From Thiotrichaceae bacterium UBA7357 (lineage in GTDB: Bacteria; Pseudomonadota; Gammaproteobacteria; Eutrophobiales; Eutrophobiaceae), in NCBI GenBank assembly GCA_002470825.1, contig DKOR01000017.1, positions 5,015-69,014 on the forward strand: a stretch of 64,000 nucleotides of DNA. Reading direction: 5' to 3'. The notes below the pieces were generated by a model that worked only from the letters and a program-made list of their open reading frames with translations, was not told the origin of the DNA and did no database searches. Below, piece after piece: positions 53,512-63,272 of this stretch. Position 1 is the first letter of the stretch. Each line of letters begins with the position of its first letter. Position numbers and translations under genes: made by a program.

Positions 53512-54195
53512 ATGAAAATAACACTTGCTTTCGATGTATACGGTACATTACTAAACACACATGGTGTGGTTATGGCCTTGGAAGAGTTGATTGGGAATCA
53601 AGCACAAACATTTTCACAAACTTGGCGTGATAAACAATTAGAATACTCATTCCGAAGGGGACTAATGCAGAGTTATGATGTTTTTCCTGTCTGCATTAGT
53701 GATGCTCTGGATTATTCATGTTTGCATTATAAAACATCTTTTACTGAAGTTGAAAAAAATGAACTTTTATATATTTATAGCAGATTACCTGCGTTTGATG
53801 ATGCCATTACCTCTCTACAGGAACTTAGGAAAACTGACAATCATTTATATGCATTCTCAAATGGTCCAAGAGTAACAGTAGAAGAATTACTTTCTACTGC
53901 CAATATTAGAGAATATTTTTTGGAGATTGTCAGTGTAGACAGTATCAAAACATTCAAACCATCGCCTGATGTATATGATCACTTTGTCAGGACCTCTAAC
54001 GCAGAAAAAGAAAACGCATGGCTAATCTCAAGCAATCCATTTGATGTCATTGGAGCAATCTCTGCTGGGATGAAAGCTGTTTGGGTTCAACGTAGTAAAG
54101 AAGTTATTTTTGACCCATGGGGTGTCGAACCTACCATCACGATTAATAGTCTTTTGAAACTCAGAAAAAAAATTGAAGAGTATTACAGTAATTAG
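53512..54195 (+). CDS. Haloacid dehalogenase type II (L-2-haloacid dehalogenase-like)
   Basis: AFDVYGTL, WRDKQLEYS, FSNG, FKP and SSNPFDVIGA motifs. Confidence 0.9.
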   Translation: MKITLAFDVYGTLLNTHGVVMALEELIGNQAQTFSQTWRDKQLEYSFRRGLMQSYDVFPVCISDALDYSCLHYKTSFTEVEKNELLYIYSRLPAFDDAITSLQELRKTDNHLYAFSNGPRVTVEELLSTANIREYFLEIVSVDSIKTFKPSPDVYDHFVRTSNAEKENAWLISSNPFDVIGAISAGMKAVWVQRSKEVIFDPWGVEPTITINSLLKLRKKIEEYYSN

Positions 54196-54238
54196 TAATA
54201 AGTCATTTGGCAGGTCAACCTAGCTTGCTGATTTAAAC

Positions 54239-55231
54239 TCAACCTTGCTCTAGTAAATTTCTGAGATCAATCACGGCTGAGTTAGCTCGTGATATATAAG
54301 ATGCCATTACTAATGAGTGATTCGCAAAAAGACCAAAACCGGTTCCATTCATAATTATTGGACTCCAAACTGCATCCTGAGTCCCTTCTAACTCACGAAT
54401 AATCTGTCGAAGACTCACTAAGGCATTTTTCTTTTGTAAGACATCATACAGATCATATTCGATAGCATGCATGAAATGAATTAAAGCCCAACATGTCCCA
54501 CGTGCCTCATAAAAAATATCATCAATCTCCAACCAGGGTGTTTTAACTTCTATGAGGTCTGGTTTAACTGTCGAATTTGTCGCTTCAGAATCCCCTTCAA
54601 GATCGGTATTAACTCTTGCCTGTCCAACACTTGCACTTAAACGTTGCGATAAACTACCTAGACGTTTTTCAAGGATTGCTAACCAGTCACGTAGGTTATC
54701 TGCACGTGCAAAAAACTGTGCATCTTGTTCATTTGGATTAGATAAACGAGTTAGATAATTATTAAGTGCATCAATGCCTTTTTGATATTCACGTTCTGTT
54801 GCAGGTAAAATCCATGATTCAGAATCAAAATGAAACTGTGGATCAGCCACCATCAGATCATTGTCTTCTACTGATTGTGTCTGAGAACGACTAAAGTCAT
54901 TACGCATTGATCTTGCCAAATCACGTATTTGTGTTAATACGCCAAACTCCCAAGAAGGAATATTATCCATAAAAACACTGGGTGGCATTATGTCATTGCT
55001 AAGGTAGCCCCCGCGTTTATATAGCAACGTTTCAGCGACTTCAATCATCGTTGCAACTGTCACAAAACCTGTCACATACTCTGTGCCACCTTGATTTCGA
55101 TATTGGCTTTGTTTTTGCACATCAAACACAACTGACTCGGTATCCCAATAAAACATTAAAAACAACATAATCAAAATGATTATGCAGAAGGTGCCTAGTA
55201 ATAGTTTGCTTCTTTCTTTTAATTTATTCAT
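54239..55231 (-). CDS. DUF2333 family protein
   Basis: N-terminal TM; GGYLSND, DNIPSWEFG, FSRSQTQS, DDIFYEARG and ANHSLVMASYISRAN motifs. Confidence 0.85.
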   Translation of the reverse strand: MNKLKERSKLLLGTFCIIILIMLFLMFYWDTESVVFDVQKQSQYRNQGGTEYVTGFVTVATMIEVAETLLYKRGGYLSNDIMPPSVFMDNIPSWEFGVLTQIRDLARSMRNDFSRSQTQSVEDNDLMVADPQFHFDSESWILPATEREYQKGIDALNNYLTRLSNPNEQDAQFFARADNLRDWLAILEKRLGSLSQRLSASVGQARVNTDLEGDSEATNSTVKPDLIEVKTPWLEIDDIFYEARGTCWALIHFMHAIEYDLYDVLQKKNALVSLRQIIRELEGTQDAVWSPIIMNGTGFGLFANHSLVMASYISRANSAVIDLRNLLEQG

Positions 55232-55689
55232 AAATTTTATTATCTGACATATGTTGGGTTTAACTTTTGATATTCAAGTCATAATATTAAATTAGTAAAT
55301 ACAATAAATTTGACATCTTTACTTAGTTTAAAAAAAAGCTCTTAACAAAAATTATAAGCATATCTTTCAATAACTGTGATAGGTCGAAAATCATTGTTAT
55401 TGTATTTATCTTAATTCGTTTTTCCAATGACTGTCTATTACACTACTACTATGAAAATCTTCACTTTAAAACAAAAGTCATTTCAATATAAAGCGACTCA
55501 CTATAGCGATTAATATCAGTCTTTCCTGCTTTTTGTTTCTTTGAATATATCCTGTGCGAGAATTATCTTGAACAAACATATTCTTAATTAGTCTCAAGCG
55601 AAACGGAACATATACTTTTACGCATAGGAGAAAAACATTGTTTTAAATAAAACTGAATTTGAATCAATCTAGATATCCAAGCTATTTTT

Positions 55690-55727
55690 ATGAATAATAA
55701 ATATTTCATTGAATATTCATTATTCAT
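55690..55727. promoter_or_regulatory. Putative TetR operator (inverted repeat)
   Basis: ATGAATAATAAATATT-N6-AATATTCATTATTCAT, with 15 of 16 arm positions complementary, ending 18 nt before the TetR start. Confidence 0.6.
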
Positions 55728-55745
55728 GTTTTATCATTTCGCTCC

Positions 55746-56354
55746 ATGAAAAATACTTCTCTGCAATTAGAAAAAGTTAACCCTACCGATACCATTCTTA
55801 AAGCCGCAGTAAATCGCTTTAGTGAATATGGTTATAACAAGACGACAATGATCGAAATTGCTAAAGATGCAGGTATGTCAGCGGCAAATATTTACCGTTA
55901 TTACAAAAATAAAGAAGAAATCGCTGCAGCATGCGCTAAAGGTTGCTTTTGCGAAAGATTAGATATCCTTAAATCTGTTATTCGTGGGGCCAACCTGAGT
56001 GCTGCTGAAAAACTGGAAAAATATGTACTGACTACACTTCAAAGATCTCAGGATATGTTCATAGAAAACAGAAAGATAGATGAACTTGTAATGGAAATAA
56101 CAAAAAACAGATCTGACTTAGTCCATGACAAAATAAATAACGAAAATGCACTCTTAGCGGAAATAATCGCTTACGGAAATCAGATTGGTGAGTTTGACGT
56201 CGATAACGTGATAGAGTCTGCTGCTACCATTAATTCAATGATAATACTATTTGATGTGCCTATTTTTATGTCTCTTTTCACTAAAGAGGAGTTCGAAAAG
56301 AAAGCCCATGCAGTCATTAAATTACTTGTGACAGGGCTAACTAAAAAAGACTAA
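55746..56354 (+). CDS. TetR/AcrR family transcriptional regulator
   Basis: HTH region FSEYGYNKTTMIEIAKDAGMSAANIYRYYKNKEEI. Confidence 0.93.
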   Translation: MKNTSLQLEKVNPTDTILKAAVNRFSEYGYNKTTMIEIAKDAGMSAANIYRYYKNKEEIAAACAKGCFCERLDILKSVIRGANLSAAEKLEKYVLTTLQRSQDMFIENRKIDELVMEITKNRSDLVHDKINNENALLAEIIAYGNQIGEFDVDNVIESAATINSMIILFDVPIFMSLFTKEEFEKKAHAVIKLLVTGLTKKD

Positions 56355-56421
56355 AAAATCATCCATTTACTAAATATTTTATAAATTATTCACTATTTAT
56401 AAATGGTGATCGAGGTTAATA

Positions 56422-58761
56422 ATGAACTGGATTGAAACATCTTACCCGAAATGGGTTTTGCAACATCGATGGTACATCATATTTTTCAGTCTAGTGTTTG
56501 TTATACTGGCAGCCAGCGGCGCCCGCTTGCTCAACTTCACAACCAGCTATCGAGTTTTCTTTAGTGAAGACAATCCTCAGCTATTAGCGTTTGAAGCACT
56601 AGAAAATACCTATGTTAGAAATGATAATGTCTTAATCGTATTCGAACCCAAAGATGGTAACGTGTTTAGCAAAGAGGTACTTAGCCTCGTCAAAGAGATA
56701 ACAGAAAAGGCCTGGCAAATACCCTACTCTAATCGCGTTGATTCAATTACCAATTTTCAATACACAGAAGCAGAAGAAGATGACTTAACAGTTCGTGATT
56801 TAGTCACAGGTGCAAAAAAATTATCAGCTCAAGAGTTACGAAAAGTTAGAGAAATCGCTATGGCTGAACCTCTACTAGTTCACAGACTTATTTCTGATAG
56901 AGGCCATGTTACTGCGATCAATGTTACTGTACAGTTGCCCCGCATTAATGAAATGGTCGAGACACCTGAAGTTGTCACTTACGTCAGAAATCTAGCCGAT
57001 GAGATACGTGAAAGTCACCCTGATGTGAATGTTTATCTCACCGGGATGATTATGATGAATAATTCATTTTCTGAATCTTCAAAAAGTGATATGAGTTCAA
57101 TAGTACCAATCAGTTTTGGTATTATGTTATTTTTACTAGCCCTACTCGTTGGCGGTTTTACTGGTACATTTGCAACATTATTAGTAATAATGTTTTCAAT
57201 CCTATCAGCTATGGGTCTTGGCGCATATTTTGAAATGCCACTATCTCCGCCTTCTGCAAGTGCCCCAACGATTATTCTAACCGTTGCAATTGCAAATTGT
57301 GTTCATATTCTTGTTACATTTATTCATAATATGAAACATGGCATGTTAAAAAATGATGCTTTACTTGAAAGTCTGCGTTTAAATCTTCAGCCAGTCTTTC
57401 TTGCCAGTGTAACTACCGCATTAGGTTTCATTACCATGAATTTTTCAGACGTACCACCATTCAGACATTTGGGTAATTTTGTTGCGATAGGTGTATTGGT
57501 ATCATTCGTCTTATCCGTCTCTTTATTACCAGCTTTAATTTCACTCCTTCCAGTTAATATTAAAGAAGAGAAAGAAAACGATAACAAACTCATGGCAAAA
57601 TTTTCTGAGTTTGTTATCGCAAAGAAAAATCTAATTTTCTGGGGAATGGCAGGACTGATTATATTATTAGTCGCTGCATTACCTCGTAATGAATTAAATG
57701 ATGTCTTTGTTCATTATTTCGATGAGTCTGTTTCATTCAGAGCTGATTCAGACTTTACGACTGATAATCTTACGGGGCTTTATAATATTGAATATTCACT
57801 TACTGCATCTGCAACAGGAGGGATCAGTGAACCTGAGTTTCTAAATGAGATCGAGGCCTTTGCTAACTGGTATCGAAAACAATCAGAAACGATGCATGTC
57901 AATATCTATACGGATATTATGAAACGACTTAATAAAAACATGCATGCAGATGATGAATCATTTTATAAAATTCCTGATGAACGAAACCTAGCCGCGCAAT
58001 ACTTATTGTTATATGAGATGTCTCTCCCGTACGGTTTGGATCTCAATAATCAAATCAATATCGATAAGTCGGCGACTCGAATGACTGCGACACTTAAAAC
58101 AATATCATCAAACAACTTAATCGAACTTGAAGAAAGAGCCCAAAAGTGGCTTGCTGCAAATACAACACATATCGCACGGGCTGACGGAAGTGGCACATCG
58201 CTTATGTTTGCCAATATAGGTAAACGAAATATTGTCAGCATGTTATTCGGGACAACCGTTGCACTAATTTTAATCTCTATGGTTTTAATATTTGCTCTAC
58301 GCTCTTTTAAAATTGGTTTAGTGAGTCTAGTTCCTAACCTCGTACCAGCAGCAATGGGGTTTGGTCTCTGGGGATTAACCGTTGGTGAAATAGGTTTATC
58401 GCTTTCCATCGTCACTAGCATGAGTTTGGGTATTGTCGTCGATGATACCGTTCATTTTCTCAGCAAGTATTTACGTGCTAGACGTGAAAAAGGACTCAAC
58501 TCTGAAGATGCGGTACGTTACGCATTCAAAACTGTAGGACGCGCATTACTTGTTACATCTATCATTCTGGTTACAGGGTTTTTGATCTTGTCAACATCCA
58601 GCTTTGAGCTAAATTCAGGAATGGGATTATTAACAGCAGTTGTCATTTCCTTTGCATTGTTTGCTGATTTCTTATTCTTGCCAGCCGTACTAATGAAAAT
58701 TGAGGGTAAAACTGATGAAGAAAATATCGATACTAGCGATTCTTTTAACACCGCTGCTTAA
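56422..58761 (+). CDS. MMPL/RND family transporter
   Basis: Two-repeat multi-TM topology with periplasmic loops; GIVVDDTVHF motif. Confidence 0.9.
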   Translation: MNWIETSYPKWVLQHRWYIIFFSLVFVILAASGARLLNFTTSYRVFFSEDNPQLLAFEALENTYVRNDNVLIVFEPKDGNVFSKEVLSLVKEITEKAWQIPYSNRVDSITNFQYTEAEEDDLTVRDLVTGAKKLSAQELRKVREIAMAEPLLVHRLISDRGHVTAINVTVQLPRINEMVETPEVVTYVRNLADEIRESHPDVNVYLTGMIMMNNSFSESSKSDMSSIVPISFGIMLFLLALLVGGFTGTFATLLVIMFSILSAMGLGAYFEMPLSPPSASAPTIILTVAIANCVHILVTFIHNMKHGMLKNDALLESLRLNLQPVFLASVTTALGFITMNFSDVPPFRHLGNFVAIGVLVSFVLSVSLLPALISLLPVNIKEEKENDNKLMAKFSEFVIAKKNLIFWGMAGLIILLVAALPRNELNDVFVHYFDESVSFRADSDFTTDNLTGLYNIEYSLTASATGGISEPEFLNEIEAFANWYRKQSETMHVNIYTDIMKRLNKNMHADDESFYKIPDERNLAAQYLLLYEMSLPYGLDLNNQINIDKSATRMTATLKTISSNNLIELEERAQKWLAANTTHIARADGSGTSLMFANIGKRNIVSMLFGTTVALILISMVLIFALRSFKIGLVSLVPNLVPAAMGFGLWGLTVGEIGLSLSIVTSMSLGIVVDDTVHFLSKYLRARREKGLNSEDAVRYAFKTVGRALLVTSIILVTGFLILSTSSFELNSGMGLLTAVVISFALFADFLFLPAVLMKIEGKTDEENIDTSDSFNTAA

Positions 58762-59497
58762 TCATGCTTATGCAGAAACTCCTGAAGAAAAGGGCCTATC
58801 AATTGTAGTAGAAGCAGATATCCGTGATACCGGTTGGACTGATCAAATCGCTGACATGAGTATGTTGCTGAAAAATAAACAAGGCGATTCAAGCAAACGC
58901 GTGATGCGCATCACGACACTTGAAGTCCCGGGCGACGGTGATAAAAGTTTAATCACTTTTGATAACCCAAAAGATATCAAAGGAACTGCTTTTCTTAGTC
59001 ATACGCATTCATTAACGCCTGATGATCAATGGTTATACTTGCCTGCATTAAAACGCGTTAAACGAATTTCATCTTCTAATAAATCAGGCCCCTTTGTTGG
59101 TAGTGAATATGCCTATGAAGATATCTCTTCACAAGAAGTAGAAAAGTATAAATACAAATGGTTACGTGACGAAACGTTAAATGGTCGCGGAAGTTTTGTC
59201 ATAGAGCGTTTTCCACAATATGAACACTCTGGCTATACTCGTCAAATTCTCTGGTTGGATAAAGAGATGTACCAACCACTTCAACTCGAATTCTTTGATA
59301 GAAAAAATTCACAGTTAAAAACATTACAGTTTCTCGACTATAAACAATACCTTGATCAATACTGGCGTCCTGGAGTTATGCAGATGACAAACCATCAAAA
59401 CGGTAAAAGCACGAGACTCACTTGGTCTGATTACAAATTTAAAAATGATTTCAGCGATAGAGACTTTGATAAAAATACGCTCAAACGCGCTAGATAG
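58715..59497 (+). CDS. Outer-membrane lipoprotein-sorting (LolA-like) periplasmic protein
   Basis: Signal peptide; P.DIKGTAFL, DDQWLYLPALKRVKRI and FVGSEYAYED motifs; ATG at 58715 after GAGGG. Confidence 0.85.
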   Translation: MKKISILAILLTPLLNHAYAETPEEKGLSIVVEADIRDTGWTDQIADMSMLLKNKQGDSSKRVMRITTLEVPGDGDKSLITFDNPKDIKGTAFLSHTHSLTPDDQWLYLPALKRVKRISSSNKSGPFVGSEYAYEDISSQEVEKYKYKWLRDETLNGRGSFVIERFPQYEHSGYTRQILWLDKEMYQPLQLEFFDRKNSQLKTLQFLDYKQYLDQYWRPGVMQMTNHQNGKSTRLTWSDYKFKNDFSDRDFDKNTLKRAR

Positions 59498-59536
59498 GAG
59501 TAGCGACAAACAGGAAAATCGATAATCGAAACTAAA

Positions 59537-60733
59537 ATGAGAATATTTATAAAATCCCTACTTCTATTTTTAATCGCATCAGCAAGCGCTCTATCCTCAG
59601 CAGGTGAATGGAGTGGTTCTGCTGGATTAGAATTTAGAGGCTTTAACCAAACAGCACAAGACGCACGCCAAGATCACGACAGTAATTTCTCATTCGTATT
59701 TGAATCCGAGTATTTTCATGAATGGGATGATGGTGATCAAAGTATTGCCTTTGTCCCTTATATTCGCGTAGATGAAAACGATAACGAACGAACACATTTT
59801 GATATTCATGAGTTAACTTATTTAAAAGTTGCCGAACGTTGGGAATTACGTCTCGGTATACGAAAAATATTTTGGGGCGTCACTGAGTTTCAACACTTAG
59901 TTGATATCATCAACCAAACAAACTTAGTGGAAAACTTCGACACTGAAGATAAGTTAGGCCAACCGATGGTTAACTTGGCTCTAATTAATGATTGGGGCAC
60001 AATCGATCTGTTTGTCATGCCCTACTTCCGTGAACGATATTTCCCAGGAACAAGCGGTCGGTTAAGAAGTATCCCCGAGACCCGGCAAGATCGTTCTCAA
60101 TTTGAATCTGCTGCAAAAGAAAAGCATATTGATCTAGCCGCCCGTTACTCACATTACTTTGGTGACTGGGATATTGGCCTGTCACATTTTTATGGCACTA
60201 GCAGAGACCCACGTTTACTGTTTAGTATCGATAGTGGTGGCAACCCTTTTTTTATTCCGTTCTATGACATCATCAACCAAACCTCAGTAGATATCCAAAC
60301 GACCAAAAGCAATATGCTCTGGAAGTTTGAAGCTCTGCATCGTAGCGGTCAAGGCACGACGTACAATGCATATGCAGGCGGATTTGAATACACCTTTGTC
60401 GGTATAATGGATACCGCTCTCGATCTAGGTGTGCTCAGTGAATACCACTATGATGACCGAGATGAATTATCAATGAGTATTTTTCAGGATGATATCGCTA
60501 TCGGCGCGCGTCTCGCATTCAATGATGTTCAATCAAGTGAAGCCTTGATTGGACTCGTTTGGGATAGAAATAGCGGTGGTAAATTCTTCAATATCGAAGC
60601 CAGCAGGCGCCTCGGTAATAGCTGGCTACTTGAGCTACAAGGCCGATTTTTCTTGAATCAAAAATCTAGCGATTTAGCATTTACCGTTAGCCGGGATGAT
60701 TACACTGAATTATTCCTGTCGTATAATTTTTAG
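59537..60733 (+). CDS. Putative outer-membrane beta-barrel protein
   Basis: Signal peptide, alternating beta-strand pattern, WG...VDIIN motif and C-terminal Phe (LSYNF). Confidence 0.75.
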   Translation: MRIFIKSLLLFLIASASALSSAGEWSGSAGLEFRGFNQTAQDARQDHDSNFSFVFESEYFHEWDDGDQSIAFVPYIRVDENDNERTHFDIHELTYLKVAERWELRLGIRKIFWGVTEFQHLVDIINQTNLVENFDTEDKLGQPMVNLALINDWGTIDLFVMPYFRERYFPGTSGRLRSIPETRQDRSQFESAAKEKHIDLAARYSHYFGDWDIGLSHFYGTSRDPRLLFSIDSGGNPFFIPFYDIINQTSVDIQTTKSNMLWKFEALHRSGQGTTYNAYAGGFEYTFVGIMDTALDLGVLSEYHYDDRDELSMSIFQDDIAIGARLAFNDVQSSEALIGLVWDRNSGGKFFNIEASRRLGNSWLLELQGRFFLNQKSSDLAFTVSRDDYTELFLSYNF

Positions 60734-60981
60734 TATGCCCTTCTGTTCATTGAGAAATATATCTGCTTATTACACCCTTTAAATCACAAGTAAAATCCTT
60801 TGGGATAATATCACTATCGAAGTAAAGGAAAATGTCTCGTGAGACCGTAAACCTGTCAATCAATGTAAACTTGCGTGACTGAACTGAACTGAGACTGCAA
60901 TATAATTTCTTATTTTTTTAATATAAATAAACACTTAAGTAAATAAGGCTGATAAACGGAGAGCTTATTCGTTATTTCCAC

Positions 60982-61011
60982 TTGAAAGTTCTCTAAAAGT
61001 TCTCTTATAAT
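60982..61011 (+). promoter_or_regulatory. Sigma70 promoter containing a GTTC-N7-GTTC direct repeat (alpha-type LexA box)
   Basis: TTGAAA (60982) - 18 nt - TATAAT (61006). The spacer contains GTTC-TCTAAAA-GTTC (60988-61002). Confidence 0.65.
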
Positions 61012-61016
61012 AAGCA

Positions 61017-61192
61017 GTACTTGAAAACACACCATGTTTTCAGGGTATGACTCCCCAGTCACTTCTGGTACAGGATGTACTGGCATCTGCCAAAAGCAGA
61101 TTTAGCTAAGAAATTACATATTCGACGCTTCCGTTGAATAAGGCTTAAGGATGAGGCTTGTTCAACAACCACTTTCTGCGCGGGTAATAATA
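61017..61192 (+). ncRNA. Candidate structured leader RNA upstream of the Y-family polymerase
   Basis: Five stem-loops at 61018-47, 61048-61, 61065-83, 61085-101 and 61133-66; the first begins at the predicted transcription start. Confidence 0.5.
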
Positions 61193-62458
61193 ATGACAAT
61201 AAAAACTTGGCCACGGGTGATTGCTCTGGCTGATATGAATGCCTTCTTTGCATCCGTCGAACAAGTACATAATCCGGATTTAATGGGCAAACCTATAGGC
61301 ATAACTAATAGTATAAACGGCACCTGCATTATCACCTCCTCTTATGAAGCGCGGGCCTTTGGTGTATGCACCGGTATGCGTGTCAGAGATGCAAAACGAC
61401 TTTGTCCTGACTTTATACAGATACCAGCCAACCCGGTGCTCTATGCCAAAGTCTCAACGCGAATCATGGATTCTCTACAAGACATCTCACCTGACATAGA
61501 AATTTTTTCTGTCGATGAAGCCTTTATCGATCTCACTCGTTGTAAGAAAGTGTGGGATACTACGCCGGAAGTCATCGGCATGATGATTAAACGAAAAGTA
61601 TTCAGTGTGTCGAAAGTGAAATGCTCTGTAGGTATCAGTGGAGATAAATCCACTGCCAAGTGGGCGGCTAAACTAATGAAACCCGATGGCCTCACAATCA
61701 TTCCCCCATGGGAAGCAGCAGCAAAATTAAGAGGTGTACCGGTTACAGAACTCTGCGGTGTCAATAAAGGTATCGGTGGTTTTCTGGCAAAGCATGGTGC
61801 CTTCACCTGTGGTGATGTTGCTCGATTACCGATTAGCGTATTAGGTCAGCGCTTTGGCAGTCCCGGCAAACGAATCTGGTATATGTGCCAAGGTAAAGAT
61901 CCAGACAAAGTGCAGACTAATATTAAACCACCAAAGTCTATCGGTCATGGCAAAGTAATGCCACCGAACACGACATCGAAAGACACCATTTATATGTATC
62001 TAATTCATATGACAGAAAAAGTTACACAACGCTTACGTAAACATGCCCTAACTGCGCAGTGCTTTTATATAGGTTTAAAAACCAGTCATGAATGGCTAGG
62101 TCATAAATTCAAAATAAAGTTCCCAAGCAATGATAGCAAGCCTATTTTCGAACTATGCAAAATTGTTATATCTCGTTACTGGCATGGAGAAGGTATATAT
62201 CAGGTACAGTTAACCGCATTAGACCCACGAGAAGAAAAAGGACAAGTCGACTTATTCGAAGACGATGACACAAAAAATCATCAATTAAATAAAGCATTAG
62301 ACAATATTAATAAACGTTATGGCGAATTTACATTAGCACCAGCCAATTTGTTAAACCGATCAGACATGCCTAATGTCATCGCGCCTGCTTGGAGACCTCA
62401 TGGGCATAGACAAACAATACAAGATGCAAACTTAGAAAAAAAAGAATCTGGAGAATGA
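61193..62458 (+). CDS. dinB: Y-family DNA polymerase (Pol IV / DinB-like)
   Basis: ADMNAFFASVEQ, SYEARAFGV, SVDEAF and AKWAA...KPDG motifs; clamp-binding QVDLF; C-terminal DNINKRYG. ATG at 61193 is the likely start. Confidence 0.88.
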   Translation: MTIKTWPRVIALADMNAFFASVEQVHNPDLMGKPIGITNSINGTCIITSSYEARAFGVCTGMRVRDAKRLCPDFIQIPANPVLYAKVSTRIMDSLQDISPDIEIFSVDEAFIDLTRCKKVWDTTPEVIGMMIKRKVFSVSKVKCSVGISGDKSTAKWAAKLMKPDGLTIIPPWEAAAKLRGVPVTELCGVNKGIGGFLAKHGAFTCGDVARLPISVLGQRFGSPGKRIWYMCQGKDPDKVQTNIKPPKSIGHGKVMPPNTTSKDTIYMYLIHMTEKVTQRLRKHALTAQCFYIGLKTSHEWLGHKFKIKFPSNDSKPIFELCKIVISRYWHGEGIYQVQLTALDPREEKGQVDLFEDDDTKNHQLNKALDNINKRYGEFTLAPANLLNRSDMPNVIAPAWRPHGHRQTIQDANLEKKESGE

Positions 62459-63272
62459 TTTAAAGCAGCAAGTAATACCAATTAATAAAATGGCAGCTAT
62501 TGGCTCTTTTGATTAGTTAATTCTTTCAAATATTGTATATTCTAGTCTTTTTCAGAGCATCTAGTCTCAACTTTGATAATAACTGGTAATTCATGATGCT
62601 AAGAACCCTTGTTATAATCAAAGAAAAAACGTGGCTCGTGAAATTTTTATACATGTGTGAATCGATATTCTCATAGACTATTACACAGTCAGAAAACACA
62701 CTTCTATTAATTCTAATTTGCATTATGGATAAAAGATCAGTTTGCCGAACGTCATACTTTATTTCTTCATAAACTGATAATATTGTTTTCTTTTCCTCTT
62801 CTAATACTCGAACAAGTATTCTATTAAAATAGAATAATATTTCGATAACATCTGATCACTTATTGTTATACTAGCTTTATTAGTGCATCGTGAAATTCAA
62901 AATAATCAAGTTTTATAAATGCTTTTTTTATAGGTTAAGGATATAGACCATTCGTTTTTGTGTAAGTGAACATGTTCTCTATACAGTCAAAAACGCATAT
63001 AATAATGCTTAAGTAAATCATCCTTTGGTTGCAATCAAGAAATGCAAACATTTATCATTAATAAATGATCGTCACATAAAATTCAATGCTCATAATCTGC
63101 CGTCGTTATCTTTTATAATTATCAAAGGAGGTCAATGTGTAGTTAGTATTTGGTAAGGAATGCAAAATCTAGATGATTTTTATGCGAATTTTTGAAAGAA
63201 ATTAGATACAGTCATGGTGTTTTCCATGACCACATTCATGTATTATCGTAAAATTAAGAAAAACTTTTATTA

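Noticed and set aside
60834-60897. GTCTC-GT-GAGAC palindrome and ACTGA repeats upstream of the dinB promoter, as a possible mobile-element end
   Set aside because: Too short, with no matching second end, no target-site duplication and no transposase.
62526-62852. Minus-strand open frame downstream of dinB
   Set aside because: No good start or SD site and no recognisable family; at most a decayed remnant.
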